Positions 1 to 8,813 of a DNA stretch of 62,000 nt are shown here, piece by piece. The translations under genes and the position numbers were made by a program. The notes under the pieces are model-generated. The model made no database searches, was not told the origin of the DNA, and was given only the letters and a program-made list of their open reading frames with translations. This DNA comes from Hyalangium minutum (lineage in GTDB: Bacteria; Myxococcota; Myxococcia; Myxococcales; Myxococcaceae), in assembly GCF_000737315.1 (NCBI RefSeq), contig NZ_JMCB01000003.1, positions 20,001 to 82,000 on the forward strand. The letters are read 5' to 3'. Position 1 is the first letter of the stretch. Every line of letters begins with the position of its first letter.

Positions 1-99
1 CCTTCCTGCCGCCCCGGAGGGGAGGCAGGTTCTAACACGCCCAGTCCATGCCTTTGGGACTGGTATGCGCCGCCCGGTGCGGCTACAAGCAGGGGTGGC

Positions 100-714
100 G
101 TGGCCAGGAAAAAGTTCATCGCCGTCGCGGGTAATATTGGCGCCGGGAAGACGGAGCTCACCTCGTTCCTCTGCCGGAAGTACGGCTTGACGCCGTACTT
201 CGAGCCGAACGACCAGAACCCCTACCTGGCCGACTTTTACAAGGACATGAAGAAGTGGGCCTTCCGCTCACAGATCTTCTTTTTGACCCATAAGTTCCGG
301 CTGCACCGCGAGCTGGAGCGTCAGCCCGGAACGGTATTGCAGGACCGGACCATCTACGAGGACGCGGAGATCTTCGCCAAGAACCTTCACCGGCAGCGCT
401 TCATCGACAAGCGGGACTGGCAGATGTACCGGGAGCTGTACGAGACGGTGGCCCAGGTGCTCACCCCGCCGGATCTGATGATCTACCTGCGCTGCCCCGT
501 GCAGACCCTCAAGGAGCGCATCCGCCTGCGAGGCCGCGTCATGGAGAAGGACATCCCCACGCTCTACCTCAAGCGCCTGAACGCCCTCTATGAGGAGTGG
601 TTCAGCCACTACAAGATGTCGCCCGTGCTCGTGCTGCCGACCGACAAGCTCGACTACCTCACCAACCTGGTGGATCGCGTGGATCTGTTCCGCCAGATCG
701 AGAAGCACCTGTGA
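100..714 (+). CDS. Deoxynucleoside kinase family protein
   Basis: P-loop GNIGAGKT, FEP, QDRTIYED and RIRLRGR lid motifs. Confidence 0.9.
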   Translation: MARKKFIAVAGNIGAGKTELTSFLCRKYGLTPYFEPNDQNPYLADFYKDMKKWAFRSQIFFLTHKFRLHRELERQPGTVLQDRTIYEDAEIFAKNLHRQRFIDKRDWQMYRELYETVAQVLTPPDLMIYLRCPVQTLKERIRLRGRVMEKDIPTLYLKRLNALYEEWFSHYKMSPVLVLPTDKLDYLTNLVDRVDLFRQIEKHL

Positions 715-1886
715 AGGAGGTCTACGTCCTCGCCGTCGAGTCGTCTGCTCCCATCCCGTTGGAGGAGCTGCGCCCCGCGTTCGAGTCGGAAGACGTGCGC
801 TTCGCGATGCTGGAGGGCGGGAACGGTTTCTCCGTCCATGCTGAGGGCACTCAGGTCGAGGTGCGCTTCGACACCCAGCGGCCCACGAAGGGCGTGGATC
901 CCCGCCTGCTCACTGGCAGCGAGGAGGCTCAGAAGGCGTTCCAGCGCACCCAGGGCTATTACTGGCTCTCCGTGGAGCCGGGCTCCGGGCCTCAGCCCAC
1001 CGTGCCCGTTTTCGAGGCCCTGTGGTGCGCGCGCACGCTGATGGAGCAGACGCAGGGCGTGCTGCTGGACCTCACCGCGTACAAGCTGCACGACGTGGCG
1101 GACGTGGTGGAGATCACCGAGCTGGACTTCGACATTCGCGACCACGTCAACCTGCACGCCGTGGCCGCCATCGAGGGCGATACGCCCCTGTGGGTGCACT
1201 CGCACGGCATGGAGAAGTTCGGCACCCGGGACTTGGAGATCTTCCACCTGGGCGAGGAGGACCTGCTGGCCGCGGAGATGTTCCTCCATGAGCTGTGCAC
1301 GGACATGGCCTTCGGCCAGGGCCCCGGCGCTCGCAAGGAAGTGCATACCAGCGAGGGCCAATCCTTCCGGCTCGTGCCCTCCGAGGAGGCCCGGGTGAAC
1401 CTGCTCGGCGTCCCGCTGGAGACCTTCGAGGGCCACGAGGCCCTGTTCCTCAGCGTCGTGTCCCCGCTGGGCCGGCACAACACCGCCGAGTTGCTGCGCC
1501 CCTACCGCGAGCGCTTCGTCCCCGAGCCCGAGGAGCGCACCGAGTCCCTCCGGCTCGAGGCCCAGGCCCTGCTGCCTGCCTTCAAGGCCCGCTTCGGCCG
1601 CAAGGGGCTCATGGAGCCGCTCACCTTCCTGGTGCGAGCGCCCTTCGAGACCCACCCCGAGGGCCAGGCCGTCGAGGAGAACCTCTGGCTGGAGGTGGTG
1701 GCCTGGGAAGAGGGCACCGTGGTGGGCAAGCTCGTGGATGGCGCCGTCCACACCACCGAGTGGCGCAAGGGCGCTCACGTGGAGGTGGATGAGGAGCACA
1801 TCAACGCGCTCGCCATCAGCCACGAGGGCCGCACGCTGGACGAGGAAGAGATCCGCGCGCTGCTCATTGCCGAACGGCCCATGTAG
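711..1886 (+). CDS. DUF2314-like domain protein
   Basis: GTG start overlaps the dNK stop (GTGA); C-terminal ENLWLEVVAWEEGTVVGKL resembles DUF2314. Confidence 0.6.
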   Translation: MKEVYVLAVESSAPIPLEELRPAFESEDVRFAMLEGGNGFSVHAEGTQVEVRFDTQRPTKGVDPRLLTGSEEAQKAFQRTQGYYWLSVEPGSGPQPTVPVFEALWCARTLMEQTQGVLLDLTAYKLHDVADVVEITELDFDIRDHVNLHAVAAIEGDTPLWVHSHGMEKFGTRDLEIFHLGEEDLLAAEMFLHELCTDMAFGQGPGARKEVHTSEGQSFRLVPSEEARVNLLGVPLETFEGHEALFLSVVSPLGRHNTAELLRPYRERFVPEPEERTESLRLEAQALLPAFKARFGRKGLMEPLTFLVRAPFETHPEGQAVEENLWLEVVAWEEGTVVGKLVDGAVHTTEWRKGAHVEVDEEHINALAISHEGRTLDEEEIRALLIAERPM

Positions 1887-1898
1887 GCTCCGCGCTCC

Positions 1899-3608
1899 AT
1901 GCCAGCCCTGCTGCTGCTCTCCGGTCCCTCCGCCGGCCGCCGCTATGAGGTGGTTTCGGACGTCTCCATTGGCCGCAGCCCGTCGTGCGAGATCCAGCTC
2001 GACGACGACAAGGTGTCCCGGCGGCACGCCCACATCTTCTTGAGCGAAGGGCAGATGCGCGTCCGGGATCTGGGCTCGCGCAACGGCACGCTCGTCAACG
2101 GAGAGCGCCTCCAGGGCGAGGCGCGCTTGGTGCCCGGCGATCGCATCCAGGTGGGAGAGACGACCGCCCTCTACGAGCCGCTCACCCAGGCCGCCTTGAC
2201 GGAGCAGGCGCCGCTCGATGCCCGCCATGTCCCCATCGCCGAGGTACTGCCGCACGTGGGGCCCGAGGCGGCTCTGCTGTCCGCTGGGGTGGCCCTGCTG
2301 GGCGCCACCAGCGAGGCCATGGTGCTGCGGCGGTTGGTGGACGAGGCCCTTCATGCCTTGAGCGCGGATCGGGCCGCGGCGCTGCTCGGAGGGCAGGGTG
2401 GGTTGCTCACCGCGGCGGTGTCAGGCACGGCCTCTGTGGAGGTTCCGCGCGTCATGGCGAGCCTGGCGCTGGAGCAGAAGGAGGTCGTTTCCACGGCCAA
2501 TGCCCTCTGTGCTCCCTTGGTGGCCGCCGGAGGCATGCCGTTCGGACTGCTGTATGTGGCGTGTGATGAGCCGCGCTTCAGTGCGAAGGATGCGGGCATC
2601 GTGGCCGCGCTGGGGCGCATGGGCGGCGAGGCGTACACCGCCATGCACTCCCGGATGGAGGAAGAGCAGGCCCCCGTTCAGCTCGTCGGCACGTCCCGGC
2701 CGTTCCGCCGCATGGTGGAGCAGGCCCGGCGCGCGGCTGCCAGCGCCGCTCCCGTGGTCATCTCCGGCGCCCCCGGAAGTGGGAAGAGCCTCCTGGCCCG
2801 GTTCATCCATGTGCACTCCCCTCGGGCGCTGGGGCCGCTGGTGGCGGTGGACTGCCGTCTGCCGGGGCCTGCCGTGGAGGAGTTCCTCTTTGGCCGCGCG
2901 AGTGCTCCCGGGCTTCCGCCGCGCTCGTCCGCGCTCCTGCGCGCGGATGGAGGGACGCTGCTGCTCCAGCACGTGGAGGGGCTCTCGGGCGCCACGGTCG
3001 AGCGGCTGGTGCGGCTGCTCGCGCGCAAGGTGGCTCCGGCCCGGCAAGGAGGCGAGGAGCCTGTCAATCTGCGCCTCATCGCCACTGCGATCGAGCCCAC
3101 GCAGCTCCTGGCCGCCAAGGGCGGGCTGGATCCCGCCCTGGCCATGGCGCTGTCCGGACTGGAGATCGAGGTGCCGCCCCTGCGCGAGCGCCGCGCCGAT
3201 CTGAGCGCCTTGTTCGAGCACTTCGCCGCCCGGGGCGCCCAAGCCACCCGGAAGCCACCTCCGGTGCTCAGCCCGGGGGCCAAGCGCCTCCTCGTGGACT
3301 ACGCGTGGCCACAGAACGTGAGCGAGCTGAAGCTGGTGGCAGAGCGGCTCGGGCGGCTGTACTCCGGCCGCGAGGTGCACGCGCTGCGCTTGCCTCCGGA
3401 GATCCAGGAGGGCTCGGCGGAGGCCAAGCCTCGCAGCCTGCAGGAGATGGTCGAACGCCTGGAGCGGGAGGCCATCGTCGAGGCGCTCCAGTCCGCGGGA
3501 GGCCGGAAGATCCGCGCGGCCGAGCAGCTCGGCATCAGCCGCCCCACGCTGGACAAGAAGATCGAGGAGTACGCCATCCAGTTGGAGAAGCCACGGCGGC
3601 GACAGTGA
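1899..3608 (+). CDS. FHA-GAF-AAA-HTH sigma54 enhancer-binding-like protein with degenerate ATPase motifs
   Basis: FHA (IGRS..SRRH..DLGSRNGT), GAPGSGKS, PPLRERR and a Fis-type HTH (AAEQLGISRPTLDKK). Confidence 0.85.
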   Translation: MPALLLLSGPSAGRRYEVVSDVSIGRSPSCEIQLDDDKVSRRHAHIFLSEGQMRVRDLGSRNGTLVNGERLQGEARLVPGDRIQVGETTALYEPLTQAALTEQAPLDARHVPIAEVLPHVGPEAALLSAGVALLGATSEAMVLRRLVDEALHALSADRAAALLGGQGGLLTAAVSGTASVEVPRVMASLALEQKEVVSTANALCAPLVAAGGMPFGLLYVACDEPRFSAKDAGIVAALGRMGGEAYTAMHSRMEEEQAPVQLVGTSRPFRRMVEQARRAAASAAPVVISGAPGSGKSLLARFIHVHSPRALGPLVAVDCRLPGPAVEEFLFGRASAPGLPPRSSALLRADGGTLLLQHVEGLSGATVERLVRLLARKVAPARQGGEEPVNLRLIATAIEPTQLLAAKGGLDPALAMALSGLEIEVPPLRERRADLSALFEHFAARGAQATRKPPPVLSPGAKRLLVDYAWPQNVSELKLVAERLGRLYSGREVHALRLPPEIQEGSAEAKPRSLQEMVERLEREAIVEALQSAGGRKIRAAEQLGISRPTLDKKIEEYAIQLEKPRRRQ

Positions 3609-3649
3609 GGGCACCATCCCGCTTGTCCCCCCGTGCCCCCGCAGCGTAG

Positions 3650-4564
3650 ATGCCCCCCATGAGCTTCCGTTACTCCGACGAGGTGCGTCGCGCCCTGGAC
3701 ACGAAGGCGCCGCTGGTGGCGCTCGAGACGAGCGTGGTGGCCCAAGGCCTGCCTTACCCGGACAACCTCCGCGCCGCGCGCGCCTGCGAGGAGGCCGTTC
3801 GCAGCGCCGGTGCCGTGCCCGCTCCCATCGCCGTGGTGGATGGCGAGGTGTGGATCGGTCTCGAGGAGGCCGCCATGCTCCGGCTCGCCGAGGGCAAGGA
3901 GAAGCTGATGAAGCTCGGCTCGCGCGATCTGCCCGTGGCCATCGCCTTGAAGGCCTCGGGGGGCACCACCGTGAGCGCCACCTGTGAGCTGGCCGCCGCC
4001 GCCGGCATCCGCGTCTTCGCCACCGGCGGCCTGGGCGGTGTCCACCGGGGCGTCAGCGAGCACTGGGACATCTCCCAGGACATTGGCGCGCTGGCCCGCT
4101 ACCCCGTCGCCGTGGTGTGCGCCGGCGCCAAGTCCATCCTGGATCTGCCCAAGACGATGGAGGCCCTGGAGACCGCGAGCGTGCCCGTCATCGGCGTGCG
4201 CACCAGCGAGCTCCCATCCTTTTATAGCCGCAGCTCGGGCATGCCGCTGGAGCACCGGGTCGAGGACGCCGTCACGGCCGCTCGCATCGTCCGCGCCCGG
4301 GGCGAGCTGGGGCAGGGGGGGCTCGTCTTCGCGCTTCCGCCACCCGACGAGGCGGCCCTGCCTCGGGAGGACGTGGAGCGGCACATCGCCTCCGCGCTCG
4401 CCGAGGCCGAGCGCCAAAGTATTCGAGGCAAGGCCGTCACCCCGTTCCTGCTCGGGGACATGGCCCGGCGCACGGGAGGCCAGAGCCTGAAGGCCAACCT
4501 GGCCCTCCTGGCCAACAACTCGCGCTTCGCCGGAGAGCTTGCCGTCGCTTTGACGCGGGGATGA
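3650..4564 (+). CDS. psuG: Pseudouridine-5'-phosphate glycosidase
   Basis: ALETSVVAQGLPYP, GGTTVSAT, TGGLGGVHRG and CAGAKSILD motifs; alternative ATG at 3659. Confidence 0.9.
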   Translation: MPPMSFRYSDEVRRALDTKAPLVALETSVVAQGLPYPDNLRAARACEEAVRSAGAVPAPIAVVDGEVWIGLEEAAMLRLAEGKEKLMKLGSRDLPVAIALKASGGTTVSATCELAAAAGIRVFATGGLGGVHRGVSEHWDISQDIGALARYPVAVVCAGAKSILDLPKTMEALETASVPVIGVRTSELPSFYSRSSGMPLEHRVEDAVTAARIVRARGELGQGGLVFALPPPDEAALPREDVERHIASALAEAERQSIRGKAVTPFLLGDMARRTGGQSLKANLALLANNSRFAGELAVALTRG

Positions 4565-4628
4565 CATGACCGGAGGGGCAGCTTCACGAAGCTGCTTTTG
4601 AGGTGGCATGCTCTAGGGAGGCCCCTGC

Positions 4629-6200
4629 ATGCCAGCACCTTCCATTCCGGCGGATGAAGCCCAGCGCCTCAAGGCTTTGTGGGATCTGTGCGTGCTGGAC
4701 ACCCCGCCGGAGGAGCGGTTCGACCGCATCGTCCGGATGGCGGTACGGCTCTTCCAGGTGCCCATCGCCTTGGTGTCGCTGGTGGACAAGGACCGGCAGT
4801 GGTTCAAGGCCCGGTACGGGATCGCGGAGCTGTCGGGGCCTCGCAACACCTCGTTCTGCGGCCACGCCATTCTCCATTCCGAGATGCTGGTGGTGCCGGA
4901 CGCCACCCTGGACCCTCGCTTCCTGGACAACCCGAATGTCCTGGACGCGCCCCACGTCCGCTTCTACGCGGGCCAGCCGCTGAGGGCGCCCAACGGAAGG
5001 CTTGTCGGGACGCTGTGCGTGGTCGACTACAAGACCCGCGAATTCAGTGAGGAGGATCGTCGCGCCTTGAGGGACTTGTCCGCGTGGACGGAGCTGGAGC
5101 TGTCCATGAAGGCGCTCCAGGAGGCCCAGGCCGCCGTCAAGCAGCTGGATCACTTCTTCGAGCTGTCGGCGGACATGCTCAGCATCACCAACCTCGAGAG
5201 CCGGCTGCTGCGCTGCAGCGTCTCCTGGAGCCGGACCTTGGGCTACTCCACCACGGAGCTGAGGGACATCCGGTTGCGCGAGCTGTTCCACCCGGAGGAT
5301 CTCCCCCAGGTGCTCGAGGCTCGACAGCGGGCCATCGAGGGCAGGCCACTCCCCAGTGTCGAGTGCCGCATTCGCGACCGCGCTGGCACCTGGCGCTGGC
5401 TCCAGAGCAACTTCATCTTCAATCCCGCCGAGTGTGTCTTCTACTCGGTGGCCCGGGAGATCACCGAGCAGAAGCAGCTGGAGAGCGAGCACCGCCGCGT
5501 GGAGCAGCTGAAGGACGAGTTCGTTTCCACGGTGAGCCACGAGCTGCGCACGCCGTTGACGTCCATCCGCGGGGCGCTGGGGCTGCTGAAGGGCGGCATC
5601 GCGGGTCCACTGCCCGCGGAGGCCGAGGAGCTCATCTGGATCGCCCAGGACAACAGCGATCGGCTGCTGCGCCTCATCAACGACATCCTGGATCTGGAGG
5701 GGCTGGAGACGGGCCAGCTCTCCTTCAAGCGGGAGCCGCTGCCCTTGGGCGAGCTGGTCACCCAGGCCGTCGTCGCGCAGCGGGGCTACGCGGCGCAGTA
5801 CGGCGTGAAGCTGGTGGTGGCACTGGACTCCGAGGCGCGGGCCTTGGTGGATGCGGACCGCTTCCTCCAGGTCATGGCCAACCTGTTGTCCAACGCCATC
5901 AAGTTCTCTCCCCAGGGCGAGACGGTGCAGGTCCGCCTGGCGCGGCTGCCGGGCGGCCTGCGCGTCAGCGTGGAGGATCACGGGCCGGGCATCCCCGAGT
6001 CCTTCCGCTCGCGCATCTTCCATAAGTTCGCCCAGGCGGACGGCTCGGACACCCGCCGCAAGGGGGGCACGGGGCTGGGGCTGTCCATCACCCAGGCGCT
6101 CGTGGCGCGGATGGAGGGCACCCTGAGCTTCGTCTCCGAGGAAGGGGAGGGCAGCACCTTCTTCGTGGTGCTGCCCGAGTGGACGCCGCCGGAGCCTTGA
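4629..6200 (+). CDS. Cytoplasmic GAF-PAS histidine kinase
   Basis: GAF (LDTPPEERFDRI, FCGHAI, FYAGQPL), PAS, H-box SHELRTPL, NAIKFS and GTGLGL. Confidence 0.9.
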   Translation: MPAPSIPADEAQRLKALWDLCVLDTPPEERFDRIVRMAVRLFQVPIALVSLVDKDRQWFKARYGIAELSGPRNTSFCGHAILHSEMLVVPDATLDPRFLDNPNVLDAPHVRFYAGQPLRAPNGRLVGTLCVVDYKTREFSEEDRRALRDLSAWTELELSMKALQEAQAAVKQLDHFFELSADMLSITNLESRLLRCSVSWSRTLGYSTTELRDIRLRELFHPEDLPQVLEARQRAIEGRPLPSVECRIRDRAGTWRWLQSNFIFNPAECVFYSVAREITEQKQLESEHRRVEQLKDEFVSTVSHELRTPLTSIRGALGLLKGGIAGPLPAEAEELIWIAQDNSDRLLRLINDILDLEGLETGQLSFKREPLPLGELVTQAVVAQRGYAAQYGVKLVVALDSEARALVDADRFLQVMANLLSNAIKFSPQGETVQVRLARLPGGLRVSVEDHGPGIPESFRSRIFHKFAQADGSDTRRKGGTGLGLSITQALVARMEGTLSFVSEEGEGSTFFVVLPEWTPPEP

Positions 6201-6206
6201 GTGTGG

Positions 6207-6773
6207 CTACGGGCCTCGCACCGCGCTCCAGAGCGACACCGCGCCGAACAGGAAGAAGAGCGAGGCGGCGACCCACCGCAGCCACTTCATCTGCACCTTG
6301 CCCGCGAGCTTGTCGCCCAGGAACACCGCCAGCCCGTCCGAGAAGAGCATCCCCAGCGTCGTGCCCGCCGTCACCAGGAGCACGGACTGGTAGCGCGCGG
6401 CCAAGGCCACGGTGGCCAGCTGCGTCTTGTCTCCCATCTCCGCCAGGAAGAAGAGGATCGCCGTGGTGAGGAAGGCGCCAAAGCGCGGCGGCTTCTCGGA
6501 TTCCTCGAGCGTGTCCGGCTTGAGCGTCCACAGCCCGAAGCCGATGAAGGTGGCCGCCAGCACCGCCGCCATGATCCGCGGGGAGACGTGCGAGGACACC
6601 CACGTGCCCACGCTGGAGGCCAGCGCGTGGTTGGCCAGGGTGGCCGCGAGGATTCCGGCCATCACCACCCACGGCTTGCGGAACCGGGAGGCCAGCGAGA
6701 ACGCGAGCAGCTGGGTTTTGTCGCCCATCTCACTGGCGGCGACGAGGAGGAAAGAACTCACCACGGCTTCCAT
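6207..6773 (-). CDS. TMEM165/GDT1 (UPF0016) family Mn2+/Ca2+ exporter
   Basis: Two EMGDKTQL motifs; hydrophobic helices; SD GGGAG before the ATG at 6773 (track start 6872 lies in the leader). Confidence 0.9.
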   Translation of the reverse strand: MEAVVSSFLLVAASEMGDKTQLLAFSLASRFRKPWVVMAGILAATLANHALASSVGTWVSSHVSPRIMAAVLAATFIGFGLWTLKPDTLEESEKPPRFGAFLTTAILFFLAEMGDKTQLATVALAARYQSVLLVTAGTTLGMLFSDGLAVFLGDKLAGKVQMKWLRWVAASLFFLFGAVSLWSAVRGP

Positions 6774-6851
6774 CACGACACTCCCTTGTCGAGGCCGAGG
6801 TGTCGTGGGAGCACTGCGCGCGCACGAGCCTCGGCCAGGTTTCCCTGTCCG

Positions 6852-6955
6852 AAGGTCTCGTTCGCCTCGCACAGCGAGGTGAGGGCCCGGGCTGTTACCA
6901 GCCAGTGTGTCGAGCTCCCCGGCGCCGATGGTTTCCGGCGCGAACTACTCCCCTT
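6852..6955 (-). ncRNA. yybP-ykoY manganese riboswitch
   Basis: Minus strand reads AAGGGGAGUAG...four-way junction stems...CGAGACCUU, directly upstream of a UPF0016 exporter, a typical gene for this riboswitch. Confidence 0.8.
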
Positions 6956-7006
6956 ACTGGAGTGCTGGATACCAGCCTCCGTGCCGCCTGCCAACAGGCA
7001 ATGCGG

Positions 7007-7498
7007 CTAGCGCTTGCGCGAGAACCAGCCCATGAGGCTCTCGAGCTCCCGCTTGTCCACGTCGTCGAACGTGGCCTTGTGCTCGGAGTCGATGTCCAGC
7101 ACCGCCATCAGCTCGCGGTTGGGCCCGAACACCGGCACAACGATCTCCGACACCGAGCGCCCATCGCAGGTGATGTGGCCCGGGAAGGCGTGTACGTCCG
7201 GTACCACCACCGTCTCGCGCGTGGCCGCCGAGGCGCCACACACGCCCTTGCCGAAGGTGATCTCCAGGCACCCCAGCGTGCCCTGGTAGGGGCCGACGCG
7301 CAGCAGCTTGCCCGGCTGGACCACCCGGTAGAACCCGGTCCACAGGTGACCGAACGCGTGGTGCAGCAGGCAGCTCATCGTCGCCATGGCGGTGATGTCG
7401 TCGTCAACGCCCTCCAGCACCGCCTCCACGTGCTGCTTGAGCTCCGCATACGCTTCCGCCTTCGGCCGGTCGCGCAGATCCAGGGTGACTTCAGCCAT
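7007..7498 (-). CDS. msrC: Free methionine-(R)-sulfoxide reductase (stand-alone GAF)
   Basis: WTGFY, GPYQGTLGC..GKGVCG and GHITCD; the three typical Cys are present. Confidence 0.8.
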   Translation of the reverse strand: MAEVTLDLRDRPKAEAYAELKQHVEAVLEGVDDDITAMATMSCLLHHAFGHLWTGFYRVVQPGKLLRVGPYQGTLGCLEITFGKGVCGASAATRETVVVPDVHAFPGHITCDGRSVSEIVVPVFGPNRELMAVLDIDSEHKATFDDVDKRELESLMGWFSRKR

Positions 7499-7643
7499 CG
7501 GTGAGTCCTCAAGAGATGGATGCCGGCCGCGTCACCGCGCCAGCGGGCCCCTTTTACATGGAATCGCACCCCGCGCGAGAGGAGGCACGCAGGACCCAGG
7601 GGAGGGACACTCCCCGGGTGGGCTGCACGCTTGCCATGCCGCG

Positions 7644-8735
7644 TCAACCCGTGGCGTTCGCGGGGGGAGCCGCCGTGGGCTCGGACTTCTGGGAAGGCTC
7701 GGCCTTCGGGGCTGCGGCGGCCTTCTCCGAGGCGGAGGCCTTCTCCGGCTTGGACAGCATCCCGTAGCGCTTCGCTGCGGACTCCAGGATGCGCCCCACG
7801 AGTTGGAGGTAGGACATGCCCTTCTCCCGGGCGCCCATGGCCAGCTCGCTCTTGTCCTCCAGGTAGGGGTTCGGGTTCACCTCGAGGACGTAGGGGTCCC
7901 CCTCCTTCGAGATGCGGAGGTCGATGCGCGCGTAGTCCTGGAGCTTGAGCCCCCGGTAGGCGAGCAGCGCCGCCCGCTCCACCCGCTGGCGCAGCTCCGG
8001 CGAGATGTTCTGGGCGATGACGAGCTTGGGCGAGCCCTCCGTCTCCGGGCCGAACTTCACCTCCCGGTCCGAGATGGTGGGCTTGTTCTTGTCCCAGTTG
8101 CCGAAGTCCAGCTCCACGATGGGGAGGATCTCCGGCATCTCCTTGGGGCCAATCACCCCCACATACACTTCGCGCCCCTCGATGAACTCCTCCGCGAGCG
8201 CCTCGTCCTGCAGCTCCTTGCGGATCTCCTGCACCCGGCGCGTCAGGTCCTCCCAGTTGTGCACCAGCGACTTCTTGCCGATGCCAATGGAGGCGTCGCT
8301 CCGGGAGGGCTTCACGATGAGCGGGAACTCCAAGTCTCCGTGGGTCTCCACGGTGACGCCGTCGAAGGTGGCGAAGTCCGCGGTGGGGATCTCGTGGTAC
8401 TCGAGCAGCTGCTTGGTGAGGATCTTGTCCTGCGCCAGCAGCAGCCCCGCCGTCCCCGAGCCGGTGAACTTCACCCGCGCCATCTCCATCAGCGCCGCGA
8501 CGTTCACCTCCATCCGGTAGTCCTCGGCGAACGTCTCGCAGAGGTTGAACACCAGGTCGCACTTCGACCGGGCGATCGATTGGAGGATGTCCGACACGCC
8601 GTCGCTCACGGCGATCAGCGAGGCCTCATGGCCCAGCTGCCGCAGCGACTCGGCCACCTGGGTCACGACGGGGTCCACGGGCTCCCCGTCCGGCTGGTAG
8701 TGAAGCACGGCGATCTTCAAGGGCGGAACGGGCAT
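7644..8735 (-). CDS. ATP-grasp ligase, D-Ala-D-Ala ligase-like
   Basis: VFNLCE, AQDKILTK, IVKPSRSDASIGI, EEFIEGRE, ARIDLR and LEVNPNP. Confidence 0.8.
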   Translation of the reverse strand: MPVPPLKIAVLHYQPDGEPVDPVVTQVAESLRQLGHEASLIAVSDGVSDILQSIARSKCDLVFNLCETFAEDYRMEVNVAALMEMARVKFTGSGTAGLLLAQDKILTKQLLEYHEIPTADFATFDGVTVETHGDLEFPLIVKPSRSDASIGIGKKSLVHNWEDLTRRVQEIRKELQDEALAEEFIEGREVYVGVIGPKEMPEILPIVELDFGNWDKNKPTISDREVKFGPETEGSPKLVIAQNISPELRQRVERAALLAYRGLKLQDYARIDLRISKEGDPYVLEVNPNPYLEDKSELAMGAREKGMSYLQLVGRILESAAKRYGMLSKPEKASASEKAAAAPKAEPSQKSEPTAAPPANATG

Positions 8736-8813
8736 GGCCCTTCAAGTGTAAGGCGTCACCGCGCGCCGTGCACCCAGGCACGCGAACGGCTCCGTACTTT
8801 TGCCCGGCGGTGA

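Noticed and set aside
654-2354. Long antisense ORFs throughout the window (e.g. 654-2354, 11866-14283, 24791-26746, 32032-33681, 58715-59977, 59917-61668)
   Set aside because: Shadow ORFs opposite well-supported genes; expected from GC3-biased coding; no motifs
7644-8735. Calling the ATP-grasp gene ddl
   Set aside because: Lacks the Ddl omega-loop signature and cell-wall operon context
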